Origin: a bacterium
Lineage (GTDB): Bacteria > Patescibacteriota > Patescibacteriia > Patescibacteriales > UBA12465
Reading direction: 5' to 3'
Assembly (NCBI GenBank): GCA_021806615.1
Contig: JAJZRB010000004.1
Coordinates: forward strand, 7,664-71,663
DNA: 64,000 bases
Shown: one piece after another, positions 9,009-18,508 of the stretch
Numbering within the stretch: the first letter of the stretch is position 1
How the letters are laid out: the number at the start of each line of letters is the position of its first letter
Notes under the pieces: generated by a model
Told to the model about the DNA's origin: nothing
Databases searched by the model: none
What the model saw: the letters and a program-made list of their open reading frames with translations, nothing else
Position numbers and translations under genes: made by a program

Positions 9009-11498
9009 CTATTGGCAGCTGTCGCATAGCAGCCTTTCCTGCGGATCCGTCGGACAAGCCATGGGCTTCGGGGCTGGCTGCGCTGCCGGCGCTAAATCCG
9101 GAGTGGACATCATGAGCGAGCCAAAGCCGCGTTTTCCCAAAGAAGCGGCTTTATTTATCTTCAGCGTACTCTGTTCCGCGCTATGGCGCGGCTTCATGTG
9201 CAGATAATAAGTCGTCTTCAGCCCGCTTTCCCAAGCAGCCAGATAAACGCCCATGACCGATTCGATTTCGCGGCTGGCCAGATAAACATTACGGCTGATC
9301 GCCTGGTCGACCCATTTCTGCGCTCGCGCCGCCACTTCTATGAAGGCGCGCGGGTCAATGGAAAACGAATCCTTAAAAATATTTTTCAGCTTATCCGGTA
9401 TATAGGACAAAGAGCTGATGTCCCCGTAATTAGCCAGGAGATCGCCCTTAGCTCTTTCCCATAGGTCAAGCGATTGCAAACGGCGGACCAGATTAAGATT
9501 TAATTCTAAATGCTTGCCGCCCAGGGTGTTACGGCTGAAAATCTGGGCGAAACGCGGATCAATGCCGGTGGAAGTGCCGGCGACGAGACCGATATTAGCG
9601 GTCGGAGCGATAGCCAATAAAGTAGAATTGCGCATACCCGACTTGACGCGCGATCTTAATTTTTCCCAATCGAGCTTATAGCTTTTAGATAATCGCAAAG
9701 CTTCGCCCCGATTCTCTTCTAGGATCCCGAGAGTGTCGAAAGGCACCAAGCCGGCCGACCAGCGCGAACCAGGAAAATTAGGATAACTCCCGCGCTCCTC
9801 AGCTAAGTCAGCGCTGGCGGAAATCGCTTCATAGCTGATGAATTCCATGATCTCATCGGTCAGTCCGGCCGCCTCCGGCGAGTCATACGCTAGGTCTAAA
9901 AGCTCAAATAGATCGGCCAGGCCCATAACGCCGAGGCCGAGCGCCCGGTTCTGGCTATCGAAATTCACCGCTTCTTTAACCGGCGGCTCGTTGATATCCA
10001 CTAAATTATCCAATTGGCGTATGGCGGTCCGCACGCTGGAAGCGAGCTCGGGCCAATCTATTTTTCCGTCCTTGTCTAAATGGCGAGCGAGGTTGAGAGA
10101 AGCCAGATTGCAGACCGCGACATTGTCTTTATCGGCCGGCAAAGTTATTTCGGTACAGAGGTTAGAGCCGTAAATCGGACCGGTATTATTATTCAGGGCC
10201 CGGACGTTAATAGCGTCCTTAAAAGTCAGCCAGGGGTGAGCCGTCGCCTGCAAAGAGACGATTATCTGGCGGAATTGGTCCAAAGCCCGCACTTTCTTAA
10301 AATTCTTGATCGTGCCGTCCTCAGCCGCCGCGCAATACGATTGGTAACGCGTGCTGAATTCCTGGCCGGATAACTTCACGAGATCCGGAGCATCAGCCGG
10401 ATCGAAAAGATACCAATAATCGTCATCCTTGACCCGACGCATGAATTCGTCGCTCAAATAGACGGCGATATCAGCCGTCCGAGTCCGCCGATAATCATCG
10501 CCGGCGTTCTGTTTCAGATCTAAATATTCGGGAAAATCCAGATGCCAATTTTCCATATAGAAACAGAGCGCGCCCATCTTTTTCCCGGCCCGGGAAATAG
10601 CCCGTATGGCGGAGTCAATGATGTGCAGGAACGGAATCGGTCCGGAAGAAAAAGTATTATTCGTGGAAATCGGCGAACCAGCGGCTCGCAGTTTCGTGAC
10701 CGAAAGGCCGATGCCGCCGGTCGCCTTGGACAGTTTTAAGACGTCGGCCACTGTCTTCCCGATATGCTCGATATTATCGTCCATGTCCATGATGAAGCAA
10801 TTGCTCAAACGAGGCTTCAGGGCGCCGGCGTTAATGTTGGTCGAACCGCCCGGAATATAATATAGCTGGGACAGCTTATCATAAAATTGCCGCGCTATCT
10901 TATCGGGATCCGCTTCATTAAGAGCCAGCCCCATCGCCAGGCGCCACCAAAAATATTGTGGCAATTCCATGAGCTTCTGCTCTTTGTCGCGGAGGAAATA
11001 GCGTCTGGATAAAGTCGCTAGGCCGGCGTAAGTAAAGAGCCCATCGCGGCTCATGACAGTCGCCGCGGATAGTTCAGCCCAATCAAAACGGCTAAGGCGC
11101 GGCGACAGCCAGCCGCCGGTGATGCCGGTTTCCAGATTTTTCATGAATCGCTCCTGATAACGAGGCTTAAAATCCGGATCCCGGCTGTCTAGCCCCAAGA
11201 CTTCCCGATATAGATTGTCTAAAAGAAGCCGGGCAGCGAGGCGATCATAAGCCGGATCGTCTTTGATATGCTGGGCGGCGGCCTGCAATAAGGCTTTATC
11301 TACTTCTCTTTCCGGCATATTCTCATAAAGAGTCAGTTCTGCCTCCCGGGCGACCGCATCCAGCTGCGCGGCGCTTAATTCTCCGGCTATCGCCTCTTTC
11401 GAGGCGCTCGCCGCTCCATGTTCCGGCCAAACTAATTTGGCGAGCAGGCTGGCGGCGGAGAGGTCACGGGTCTTCCCCTGGTAATCTAAAATTCTCAT
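9009..11498 (-). CDS. nrdA: ribonucleotide reductase large (alpha) subunit, class I
   Basis: 829 aa with an NLCTEITLP active-site loop, GLGVMGLADL and a C-terminal CDSC cysteine pair. It lies directly upstream of the R2 gene (42-nt spacer). Confidence 0.9.
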   Translation of the reverse strand: MRILDYQGKTRDLSAASLLAKLVWPEHGAASASKEAIAGELSAAQLDAVAREAELTLYENMPEREVDKALLQAAAQHIKDDPAYDRLAARLLLDNLYREVLGLDSRDPDFKPRYQERFMKNLETGITGGWLSPRLSRFDWAELSAATVMSRDGLFTYAGLATLSRRYFLRDKEQKLMELPQYFWWRLAMGLALNEADPDKIARQFYDKLSQLYYIPGGSTNINAGALKPRLSNCFIMDMDDNIEHIGKTVADVLKLSKATGGIGLSVTKLRAAGSPISTNNTFSSGPIPFLHIIDSAIRAISRAGKKMGALCFYMENWHLDFPEYLDLKQNAGDDYRRTRTADIAVYLSDEFMRRVKDDDYWYLFDPADAPDLVKLSGQEFSTRYQSYCAAAEDGTIKNFKKVRALDQFRQIIVSLQATAHPWLTFKDAINVRALNNNTGPIYGSNLCTEITLPADKDNVAVCNLASLNLARHLDKDGKIDWPELASSVRTAIRQLDNLVDINEPPVKEAVNFDSQNRALGLGVMGLADLFELLDLAYDSPEAAGLTDEIMEFISYEAISASADLAEERGSYPNFPGSRWSAGLVPFDTLGILEENRGEALRLSKSYKLDWEKLRSRVKSGMRNSTLLAIAPTANIGLVAGTSTGIDPRFAQIFSRNTLGGKHLELNLNLVRRLQSLDLWERAKGDLLANYGDISSLSYIPDKLKNIFKDSFSIDPRAFIEVAARAQKWVDQAISRNVYLASREIESVMGVYLAAWESGLKTTYYLHMKPRHSAEQSTLKINKAASLGKRGFGSLMMSTPDLAPAAQPAPKPMACPTDPQERLLCDSCQ

Positions 11499-11547
11499 AA
11501 AAAAATATAAAAAAATAAGTAAGCTTCAGGCCGCAATACTGATGATT

Positions 11548-11593
11548 CATACATATTGTGGTCTAATTATATTTATTATACTATATATTGTAT
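11548..11593 (-). promoter_or_regulatory. two putative NrdR boxes overlapping the nrdAB promoter
   Basis: Two AT-rich 16-mers, tcatacatattgtggt (11548-11563) and atactatatattgtat (11578-11593), lie 30 bp centre to centre. They resemble the NrdR palindrome acaCwAtATaTwGtgt. On the minus strand the second box overlaps a TATAAT. They sit 50-95 nt upstream of the nrdA ATG. Confidence 0.35.
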
Positions 11594-11630
11594 TATGAAG
11601 CAAATAGAAAAAATCAGCTAATATTAAAAA

Positions 11631-11658
11631 TAAAAAAAATCCGGCCAACGGGCCGGAT
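11631..11658 (-). terminator. rho-independent terminator after hpf
   Basis: Stem ccggcc/ggccgg (11641-11646 / 11651-11656) with a 4-nt loop. On the minus strand it is followed by a run of T (plus-strand aaaaaaaa at 11632-11639). Confidence 0.7.
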
Positions 11659-11699
11659 CGTAATCTTTTAATTTTCTATTTTTTCATCTCCAGGATAGC

Positions 11700-12023
11700 C
11701 TATTTCCCCCGTTTCTTATCAATCAGCTTCTCCTTATACTTTTTGATCATCATTTCTAGGTCATCTTTGACCTTGTCAATCGCCTTATACAGATCTTTCT
11801 CGGTCTTTTCTACGCGCAAGAGCTTGCGGGGCACTTCCAGATTGACTTCAGCGCGGAAAATTTCTCCTTTCCGCTGACCGCCCACGCTTTTTTCTATCTC
11901 CATATCGCAATTGAGGACTTTCACTCCCCCCAGGTATTTGGAAGCCATGTCCATCTTCTCCTGGCAGTAGCTGCGGATAGCCTCGGTTAATTCTAGCTTG
12001 GTCGCTTTGATCTTGATATTCAT
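11700..12023 (-). CDS. hpf: ribosome hibernation promoting factor / RaiA family (short form)
   Basis: 107 aa. MNIKIKATKLELTEAIRSYCQEKM...EVNLEVP...L matches the sigma-54 modulation/S30AE fold pattern. Confidence 0.85.
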   Translation of the reverse strand: MNIKIKATKLELTEAIRSYCQEKMDMASKYLGGVKVLNCDMEIEKSVGGQRKGEIFRAEVNLEVPRKLLRVEKTEKDLYKAIDKVKDDLEMMIKKYKEKLIDKKRGK

Positions 12024-12040
12024 ATGTTTGGAAATTTTAT

Positions 12041-13201
12041 TTAAAATAATCTGATAATATCCTTAAAAGTGACGAATATGACGAGGGCGATCAGGAGCAA
12101 GAAGCCGATGTTGTGGATGAGAGCTTCTACTTCGCGGCGCACCGGACGGCCCTTCGCCTTCTCTACCAGGAGGAAGATAATGCGTCCGCCGTCTAAGGCC
12201 GGAAACGGAATAATATTGATTACCGCCAGGTTTAAAGACAGGAGCGCCATGAACTGCAAGAGATAAGTAAAGCCGAGCCGAGCGGCTTGGCCGGTGATGT
12301 TGGCGATGCCGACCGGTCCGGCGAATTGCCCGCTCACATCCTGCCCCTTGAAAATCTCCCGGAACAATCCGACGAGCGAAGAGACGATCTCCCCCAGGAT
12401 AAAACCGGTCGTCCGTAAGCCCTCCCAAATAGCCGGGAAAAAAGGGTAGCGGACCAGGCCGGAAGAGAAAATAGCGATCCCGATGGTGGCTCGCCCGCCG
12501 CTCTTCGCCTGCGGCACGACTTTGATCGTCTGTTCTGCGCCACCGCGCTTGATTAAAAGCTGAGCTTCCTGGCCGGCATTAGCCGCCACAGCATCCTGCA
12601 AGGCTTTTTCCGTACCGATAGCGACACCATTGATACGCAAAATAATGTCGCCGTCTTGCAACCCGGCCTGGCTGGCTATAGAATTCGGCAAGACTTGGGC
12701 GACGACCACTTGCGACTCGCTCACTATCGCCTGCGGGCCCAGGGTATCGGTTGACTGCGGCAGGCCGATGAGATAGCCGAACGAGAATAAGAACCAAGCC
12801 AAGAGGATGTTCATAGTCACGCCGGCCGCCAGGATGACGACCCGCTGCCAGATTTTCTTAGCCGCGAAGCTGTCGCCTTCGTTCTTATCTTCGCCATCCT
12901 CCCCTTTGATTTTTACAAAACCGCCGATCGGCAGCCAATTAAGCGACCAGACCGTGGCTTTAAGCTTCGGCCGCAGCTTTTCGTCGGCGGCATTCTCCAA
13001 GCTCTCTACGCTCCTATTGCCGATGACCTGCTGCCAAGAACCGAAACGGTTCTTATACCAGCCGATGGCCCGCGGCGGGAAGCCGAAACCGAATTCTTCA
13101 GCTTTGACGCCGAAATAACGCGCGGTAAAGAAATGGCCGAGTTCATGGGCCGAAACCAGGACAGTCAGGACCAGAACGAAAATAATGATAGTCAGCAGCA
13201 T
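12041..13201 (-). CDS. rseP: RIP (site-2) zinc metalloprotease RseP, M50 family
   Basis: 386 aa with HELGHF in the first TM, a PDZ-like VLPNSIASQAGLQDGDIILRINGV, and a C-terminal NIIPFPALDGG motif. Confidence 0.9.
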   Translation of the reverse strand: MLLTIIIFVLVLTVLVSAHELGHFFTARYFGVKAEEFGFGFPPRAIGWYKNRFGSWQQVIGNRSVESLENAADEKLRPKLKATVWSLNWLPIGGFVKIKGEDGEDKNEGDSFAAKKIWQRVVILAAGVTMNILLAWFLFSFGYLIGLPQSTDTLGPQAIVSESQVVVAQVLPNSIASQAGLQDGDIILRINGVAIGTEKALQDAVAANAGQEAQLLIKRGGAEQTIKVVPQAKSGGRATIGIAIFSSGLVRYPFFPAIWEGLRTTGFILGEIVSSLVGLFREIFKGQDVSGQFAGPVGIANITGQAARLGFTYLLQFMALLSLNLAVINIIPFPALDGGRIIFLLVEKAKGRPVRREVEALIHNIGFLLLIALVIFVTFKDIIRLF

Positions 13202-13234
13202 AAAATATTAATATGGCGGCAGCCTTTAGATAAT

Positions 13235-13789
13235 TTAGATTTCCATGACATCCTTTTCCTTGCGGTCGCGGATATCTCTTAATTCATCATTCTTCTTGGC
13301 GGAAAATTCGTCTAATTCTTTGATAAAGCGGAATTTATCGTCCTCGCTTATCGCTTTATCGTCATAGGCTTTTTCAATCACGTTCTTGACGTTATCGCGC
13401 AGGCCGCGCAGGATTATTCTGGTCTTTTCCATCCTTTCATTGAGCTTTTTCACCAACTCTTTACGATTCTCTTCGGTAAGAGGCGGGACTGTCAAACGGA
13501 TCTTGTCCCCCTCGTTAACTACGCCTAAGCCGAGATTGGCTTCCACGATGGCTTTTTCAATGCTTTTGATGACACTCTTATCCCAGGGAGCGATGATAAT
13601 GCTCCGCGCGTCTGAGACGGCGATATTGCCGACGGCATTAAGAGGATTCAGGATGCCGTACGCCTCTACCTGTACGCTGTCTAAGACCGACGGATTGGCG
13701 CGTCCGGTCCGAAGAGCGCCGATTTCTTTCTTGAAAAAATCCAAGGCGCTCGTAAATTCCTGCTGTTTGCTTTGTAAATATTGATTCAT
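13235..13789 (-). CDS. frr: ribosome recycling factor
   Basis: 184 aa with LRTGRANPSVLD, ITVPPLTEERRKEL-like (LTVPPLTEENRKEL) and a C-terminal DELRDIRDRKEKDVMEI. Confidence 0.95.
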   Translation of the reverse strand: MNQYLQSKQQEFTSALDFFKKEIGALRTGRANPSVLDSVQVEAYGILNPLNAVGNIAVSDARSIIIAPWDKSVIKSIEKAIVEANLGLGVVNEGDKIRLTVPPLTEENRKELVKKLNERMEKTRIILRGLRDNVKNVIEKAYDDKAISEDDKFRFIKELDEFSAKKNDELRDIRDRKEKDVMEI

Positions 13790-13790
13790 A

Positions 13791-14903
13791 TTATTTTAAT
13801 TTTATCGTGCCTAAATAAATATTCTTAGGATTATTAAAGTCTAAGAGCAGGCTGCGCCCGGCGCGGGCGGTCGGCAGTTTTTTGGTCGTCCAGGTCGCGC
13901 CGCCATCCGTAGAGCGGAAAAAGGTGGTATTCGTCACATAGTAAATGTCCGCCGCATTGTCCGGATTGACAGCTACCGCGTTTATCACGGCGTCCTTTTC
14001 CGGTTGGAGCAGCTTGATATTCTCCCAGGTCACGCCATTATCTGGCGACTTCAGGATAAGCTTATCGGTCGCCAGATAAATAATATTATCCGAAGGACTG
14101 ATGAGTATATCCTTAAAGCTGCTTCCCAGGTTAAAATCTTTCAAGACATCGTTCAAATCGGTCCAATTATCCACTAAGAAATTCTTTTCCAGATCGGCGG
14201 AATCAGCCGCGTTAGTATTAGTATTGGAGCTGAAGCGGTAAATCTTATTCTTATTGCTGGCGACAAATATGAGCCGGCTGTCCTGGGGAGAAATGACTAG
14301 CCGCGCTACGCCTTCGTTCAGGCGTTGTATTGTCCGCCAAGATTCGCCAGAGTCTATCGTCTTGATTATTTCTCCGCGCGAAGTGCCGATATATATATTA
14401 CGCGTATTATATTGGTCAATGGCGATGGCCGTCACGATGATGCCGGGATTATTATCGAAATAAACGACGGTCCAAGTCCGCGTACAATCGTTAGAACGGT
14501 ATAAGCGATTGGCCAGAGCCGCATAGATCAAGCACTTATTCTTCGGGTCTACCTGGACATCGTTCACGGTCGCGGTCGGCAGGCTGGCAACCTGGTTCCA
14601 GCCATCGGTGATCTTATAAGTATAATATAAGCCCCGATCAAAACTGGCTAAATAAACAGCCAGGCTGTCCTCCGGATCAAGCCGCATGACATTGACGTTC
14701 AGGTCGGCGATAGTCCCCGGACGGCCGTTTACGCTCGGCACGCTGGCCATCGAATGCCAAATATTGCCGCTATCGGTCGATAAGAAAACGCTGCTATCGG
14801 TGCCGGTTACGCCGCCGGAAGAAGTCGTCGTGACCGAACAGGCCGCCGATAAGAGGGCCACTAAGGCGAGAAGTAAAGATAATCTTAAGATTTTGACTGA
14901 CAT
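13791..14903 (-). CDS. secreted (possibly lipid-anchored) BNR/Asp-box beta-propeller protein
   Basis: 370 aa with a signal peptide ending LLSAAC. It has five SxDxGxxW-type Asp-boxes (STDSGNIW, SNDCTRTW, TIDSGESW, SPDNGVTW, STDGGATW). Confidence 0.7.
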   Translation of the reverse strand: MSVKILRLSLLLALVALLSAACSVTTTSSGGVTGTDSSVFLSTDSGNIWHSMASVPSVNGRPGTIADLNVNVMRLDPEDSLAVYLASFDRGLYYTYKITDGWNQVASLPTATVNDVQVDPKNKCLIYAALANRLYRSNDCTRTWTVVYFDNNPGIIVTAIAIDQYNTRNIYIGTSRGEIIKTIDSGESWRTIQRLNEGVARLVISPQDSRLIFVASNKNKIYRFSSNTNTNAADSADLEKNFLVDNWTDLNDVLKDFNLGSSFKDILISPSDNIIYLATDKLILKSPDNGVTWENIKLLQPEKDAVINAVAVNPDNAADIYYVTNTTFFRSTDGGATWTTKKLPTARAGRSLLLDFNNPKNIYLGTIKLK

Positions 14904-14907
14904 ATTT

Positions 14908-15888
14908 TTATAGATTAACGACTATTTGTTCTAAGATCAAGCGCGGATTAACATTGGCGGCTAAATACTCTTTAGCTTGAGCGAGCAATTTCAATTGCCG
15001 CAGAATGACGGGCGCGCTATCGCCGCCGCTAGCCTCATTAAGCCCAACTAAAGTTTTTTCTAGGCTCGGATTCAGGGCGGAGTGCTGCATCCTTTCCGGC
15101 TGGCCGAGGCTGAGGAGGAAAAGATCGCGGGCCAGACCTTCGGCGATAGCGATCAGTTCGCCGGCTGAATCCAGGGCCTGTTTGCTCCAAGTCTTATCTT
15201 TAAATAACTGGTCCAAGACGCTCAGGCGGGCGTTCAGATCCAAACTCGGCAAGGACAGCCAAGCCTCTGCTTTCGCCAGATAAGCGCTGTACTCTTCAGG
15301 ATGTTCTAATAAATGGAGAGCGGCGAGCGGACGGCCTAGAGCCAGATTAGCCAAATCTTTAGCCAAGGAACGATTAGTGCCATAATTATCAATAAGGTAA
15401 TCATAAATGACCGCCGCCGGCACTGGATAAAAATACAAGATTTGCGCCCGGGATAAGATGGTCGCCGGCAAATTGCTTTCCTCAGAAACAAGCAAGATGA
15501 TAACGACTTTATCTTTCGGTTCTTCCAGAGTCTTAAGGAGAGCGCTTTTCGCTTCGTCGCTGAGAAGCTCGGCCTCTTTGATCACCCCGATCTTATAAGA
15601 ATTGGAAAAAGAACTCAGATTCAAAAGCTTGATAAACTGCCTGGTCGCTTCAATGGAGATGCTTTTCTCGCCCGCTTCCGGCGCGAGCAGGTGCAAATCG
15701 GCGTTAAAGCCGTCCTGATCCCCTTGCAGGTGGCGCGCGAAAGCTAAGGCGATAGTAGATTTTCCTAAGTCATCAACGCCGGTAAAGATATAGGTTTGCG
15801 CTATCCGTCCGCTCTGCAGGCTGCGCGCCAAAAATTCAATGGCCTGGTCATTGCCTATCTTCGGCCAATTGTATTCTGTCTGCGCCAT
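14908..15888 (-). CDS. holB: DNA polymerase III delta-prime subunit
   Basis: 326 aa with an AAA+ clamp-loader N-terminus (AQTYIFTGVDDLGKSTIALAFARHL), LLKTLEEP and a TILSRAQ sensor block. Confidence 0.8.
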   Translation of the reverse strand: MAQTEYNWPKIGNDQAIEFLARSLQSGRIAQTYIFTGVDDLGKSTIALAFARHLQGDQDGFNADLHLLAPEAGEKSISIEATRQFIKLLNLSSFSNSYKIGVIKEAELLSDEAKSALLKTLEEPKDKVVIILLVSEESNLPATILSRAQILYFYPVPAAVIYDYLIDNYGTNRSLAKDLANLALGRPLAALHLLEHPEEYSAYLAKAEAWLSLPSLDLNARLSVLDQLFKDKTWSKQALDSAGELIAIAEGLARDLFLLSLGQPERMQHSALNPSLEKTLVGLNEASGGDSAPVILRQLKLLAQAKEYLAANVNPRLILEQIVVNL

Positions 15889-15895
15889 AAATCAA

Positions 15896-18499
15896 CTAAT
15901 TAGCTCCGGCTGATAATTGGTTCAAATTGCCGGTGCTTATCCCGAGGCCGCGCGCGCGCATGACATTAAAAGCGTCTAGCGGCCGGCCAAGATAATATAA
16001 CTGTAAATTTACCGGGTCAAAATAATAGGCTCTGCCGTTATCCTCGGTCTTAAGCAGGATACGCCCGGCGAGTTTCCGCCAAGCGCTCGGGTTCTTCTCT
16101 AAAGAGGCGAAATCATCATTAGAAATGCCCAAAGAAACCTGGCGCATCAGATTGAAAGCATCTGTCGGCCGGCCAAGATAATAACGTTTCCCGTCTGCCG
16201 GATTGACATACCAGGCCTGTCCTTTATCTTCAACCTGCAGGAGGATCCGCCCTTTCAGGCGGGCGGCCAGAGAGGCGGACGCAGAAGCTGGAGACGTGGA
16301 GCTAGGAACTGCCGGCGAACTTATAGCACCGGATAAATGGAAGGCTTGGCCGGGCGTAAGAAGATACTTGGAATTGGTGGCGAAAGAAACATTCAGGTTA
16401 GAACCGTTCTGGGCGTAAAAAGCCTGGCCGAATTCCTGGTTATCTTTGCCGGAATAGACCGCCAGATAAGGACCGGCAGCGAGAGAAAGAGCGGAACTGC
16501 GCCCGTTAGCGAGTTTTACCGTCCCCGCTTGGCTGCCTCGATAATAGATTCCGCCGGAACCGGTAAGCGAATATAAAGCCAAAGAGGCGCTATTATTCCC
16601 GACCGCCTGGGAATTGGACAAAGTAAAGCTGATGGCGCTCGTGACTAATTTTTTATAATTGCCGCCCGTCTTGATGGCCAGGCTGCCGAAACTATTTTCC
16701 TGGTTCAGATCATCCAGCGAAATGAGGGTATAAGTGCCGGCCGGATATTCAAACTGAAAACGCCCGTTAGCATCGGTCTTGACCTTGAGAAGCTGGCGGC
16801 CGAGGCTGGTATTGGAAGCGACCGGTTCATATAGCCTGATTTCGCGATTTGTAAGTAGGCGCGAGCGGGCGTCGCGCAGTTCGCCATTCACGCCGCTGAA
16901 AGTAGACTCGAAACTATAATCCTTAGTAGTCGGTATCTTTATATTATAGAAAGTGGAAACATTGCCGTTAGCATCCTTCGCGCTCAGGGCATAATCCCCG
17001 CTCTGGCCACGACGATAAGGATTATATGGCGCGACATAGACCGTAGACTTGCCTCCGCCGTCTGTCGTCAGGTTAGCTATCAGGTCGCTAGCCTGGAAAA
17101 ACGGATGATTATCGGCGTCATACTCCTGAGCATATAAGGAGAAATTATAATTACGCCGCAAATTTCCCTGGCTATCGCGCAGGATTATCTCTAAAGCCGG
17201 CAGATGCTCCGTCAGATTGCGGTCATAGCCGCAAACGAAACGCACCGCGCTGAAGAACCAGAATTCTCCCAAGTCGGAACGACGGTCATAGACTTTAAGG
17301 GCATAGAGCTTGCGCGGATCCGGACGGAAGCTGAAAGAGGCTTGGCCGGAACTGCCGATGGTGCCGCTTCCCACGCGCTGGCCGGCGATAGGCAGGCCGT
17401 TAGCGTCGCTCCCCTGTTCATATAGTTCGAACTTCAATCCCGGGATGATATCGCCGCCATAATTACGCAGGGTCAGGATAAATTGGGAATTATTCTGACA
17501 AGCGGTAGAAACGGCCGGCGAATTTTGATCCGAGGTCAGCGTGTATTGGTTGGCTCGTCCTTCTACGGCTTCCACATCCCAGAAATACTGATAGATATTA
17601 TTCTTTCCTTTGATGCCCAGGACGTATAATCCGGGAGGAACTTCAAAATTTCCATAGCCGTCCGAACCTAAGGTGAAATCGCCGACTTTCGTCCCCGCTT
17701 GGCGGTTATTGTCCTGATCGACTTCTTGGTTGAAGACTTCGACTTTAGTCCCGCTCGGATATAGGGCGCCGGTCACATCCTGTAATTTGACGTTCAAGGA
17801 ACTTAAATAATAATTCAGGGTAGTCAGCTGTCCGTCCGTCACTCGGATATTATAATAAATGAATTTCCGTCCGCTGCGGGAAATTTCCAAAGCATAGTGG
17901 TCGCTCCGCGTACCGTCTAGGCTGCGGACGCTGCCTTGTGGGAGATAAACTTTGACCTGGCCGGCTACGCCCGTATTCGGGCTGGCCAATGATTCCCTGA
18001 ATTGCGGCAAAGGATTGCCGCTCGCGTCATAAAGCTGAGAATAAACATTGAAACTGGCATTAGTCAGGAGATTCCCGTCTGAGTCATGCAATATGAATAA
18101 AATACCGCTCAGAGCCTTGCTGAGAGATAGGGTTCCGCCGCAAGGGATCGGCTGGTTATAATACCAGAAGCTGGCATTATCCTTGCTTATGGTCTGGACT
18201 TTGACGGCGTAAGCGCCGTCTTCCTGATTGGCACGCCAGCTTAAATGGACGCTCCCCAAGACCGCGCTGGTATTCGCTCCGGCCACTCTGGTAGAGGGCC
18301 GCGTATCGCCGTTAGCGTCCACTATCTGCTTATAGACTTCGACGCGGGCGTTAGGGATGAAAGAGCCGCTCGGATCCCTGACTACCATGTCTAAATTGCT
18401 ATTGGCGCTGCAAGCAGCCGCTTGGGCGGAGTGCGGAAATATGGCGGCCGCTAAACCGAGCAGGAAAAAATTTAAGATAATCCTAAGATTTTTTGACAT
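15896..18499 (-). CDS. secreted repeat protein: ~6 carboxypeptidase-regulatory/prealbumin-like repeats plus a tandem C-terminal ~55-aa module
   Basis: 867 aa with a signal peptide (...PHSAQAA). It has a recurring ~115-aa unit with a core such as VRDPSGSFIPNARVEVYKQIVDANGD / LHDSDGNLLTNASFNVYSQLYDASGN / LRNYGGDIIPGLKFELYEQGSDANG / LRDSQGNLRRNYNFSLYAQEYDADNH. The C-terminal duplicate reads GRILLQVEDKGQAWYVNPADGKRYYLGRPTDAFNLMR..LGIS. Confidence 0.6.
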   Translation of the reverse strand: MSKNLRIILNFFLLGLAAAIFPHSAQAAACSANSNLDMVVRDPSGSFIPNARVEVYKQIVDANGDTRPSTRVAGANTSAVLGSVHLSWRANQEDGAYAVKVQTISKDNASFWYYNQPIPCGGTLSLSKALSGILFILHDSDGNLLTNASFNVYSQLYDASGNPLPQFRESLASPNTGVAGQVKVYLPQGSVRSLDGTRSDHYALEISRSGRKFIYYNIRVTDGQLTTLNYYLSSLNVKLQDVTGALYPSGTKVEVFNQEVDQDNNRQAGTKVGDFTLGSDGYGNFEVPPGLYVLGIKGKNNIYQYFWDVEAVEGRANQYTLTSDQNSPAVSTACQNNSQFILTLRNYGGDIIPGLKFELYEQGSDANGLPIAGQRVGSGTIGSSGQASFSFRPDPRKLYALKVYDRRSDLGEFWFFSAVRFVCGYDRNLTEHLPALEIILRDSQGNLRRNYNFSLYAQEYDADNHPFFQASDLIANLTTDGGGKSTVYVAPYNPYRRGQSGDYALSAKDANGNVSTFYNIKIPTTKDYSFESTFSGVNGELRDARSRLLTNREIRLYEPVASNTSLGRQLLKVKTDANGRFQFEYPAGTYTLISLDDLNQENSFGSLAIKTGGNYKKLVTSAISFTLSNSQAVGNNSASLALYSLTGSGGIYYRGSQAGTVKLANGRSSALSLAAGPYLAVYSGKDNQEFGQAFYAQNGSNLNVSFATNSKYLLTPGQAFHLSGAISSPAVPSSTSPASASASLAARLKGRILLQVEDKGQAWYVNPADGKRYYLGRPTDAFNLMRQVSLGISNDDFASLEKNPSAWRKLAGRILLKTEDNGRAYYFDPVNLQLYYLGRPLDAFNVMRARGLGISTGNLNQLSAGAN

Positions 18500-18508
18500 A
18501 GCGTTAAA

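Noticed and set aside
9009-11498. Inteins or introns in RNR alpha, SecA or LigA
   Set aside because: Protein lengths (829, 928 and 713 aa) and uninterrupted motif order are normal. No Cys/Ser...HN splice-junction blocks or HNH/LAGLIDADG inserts are present.
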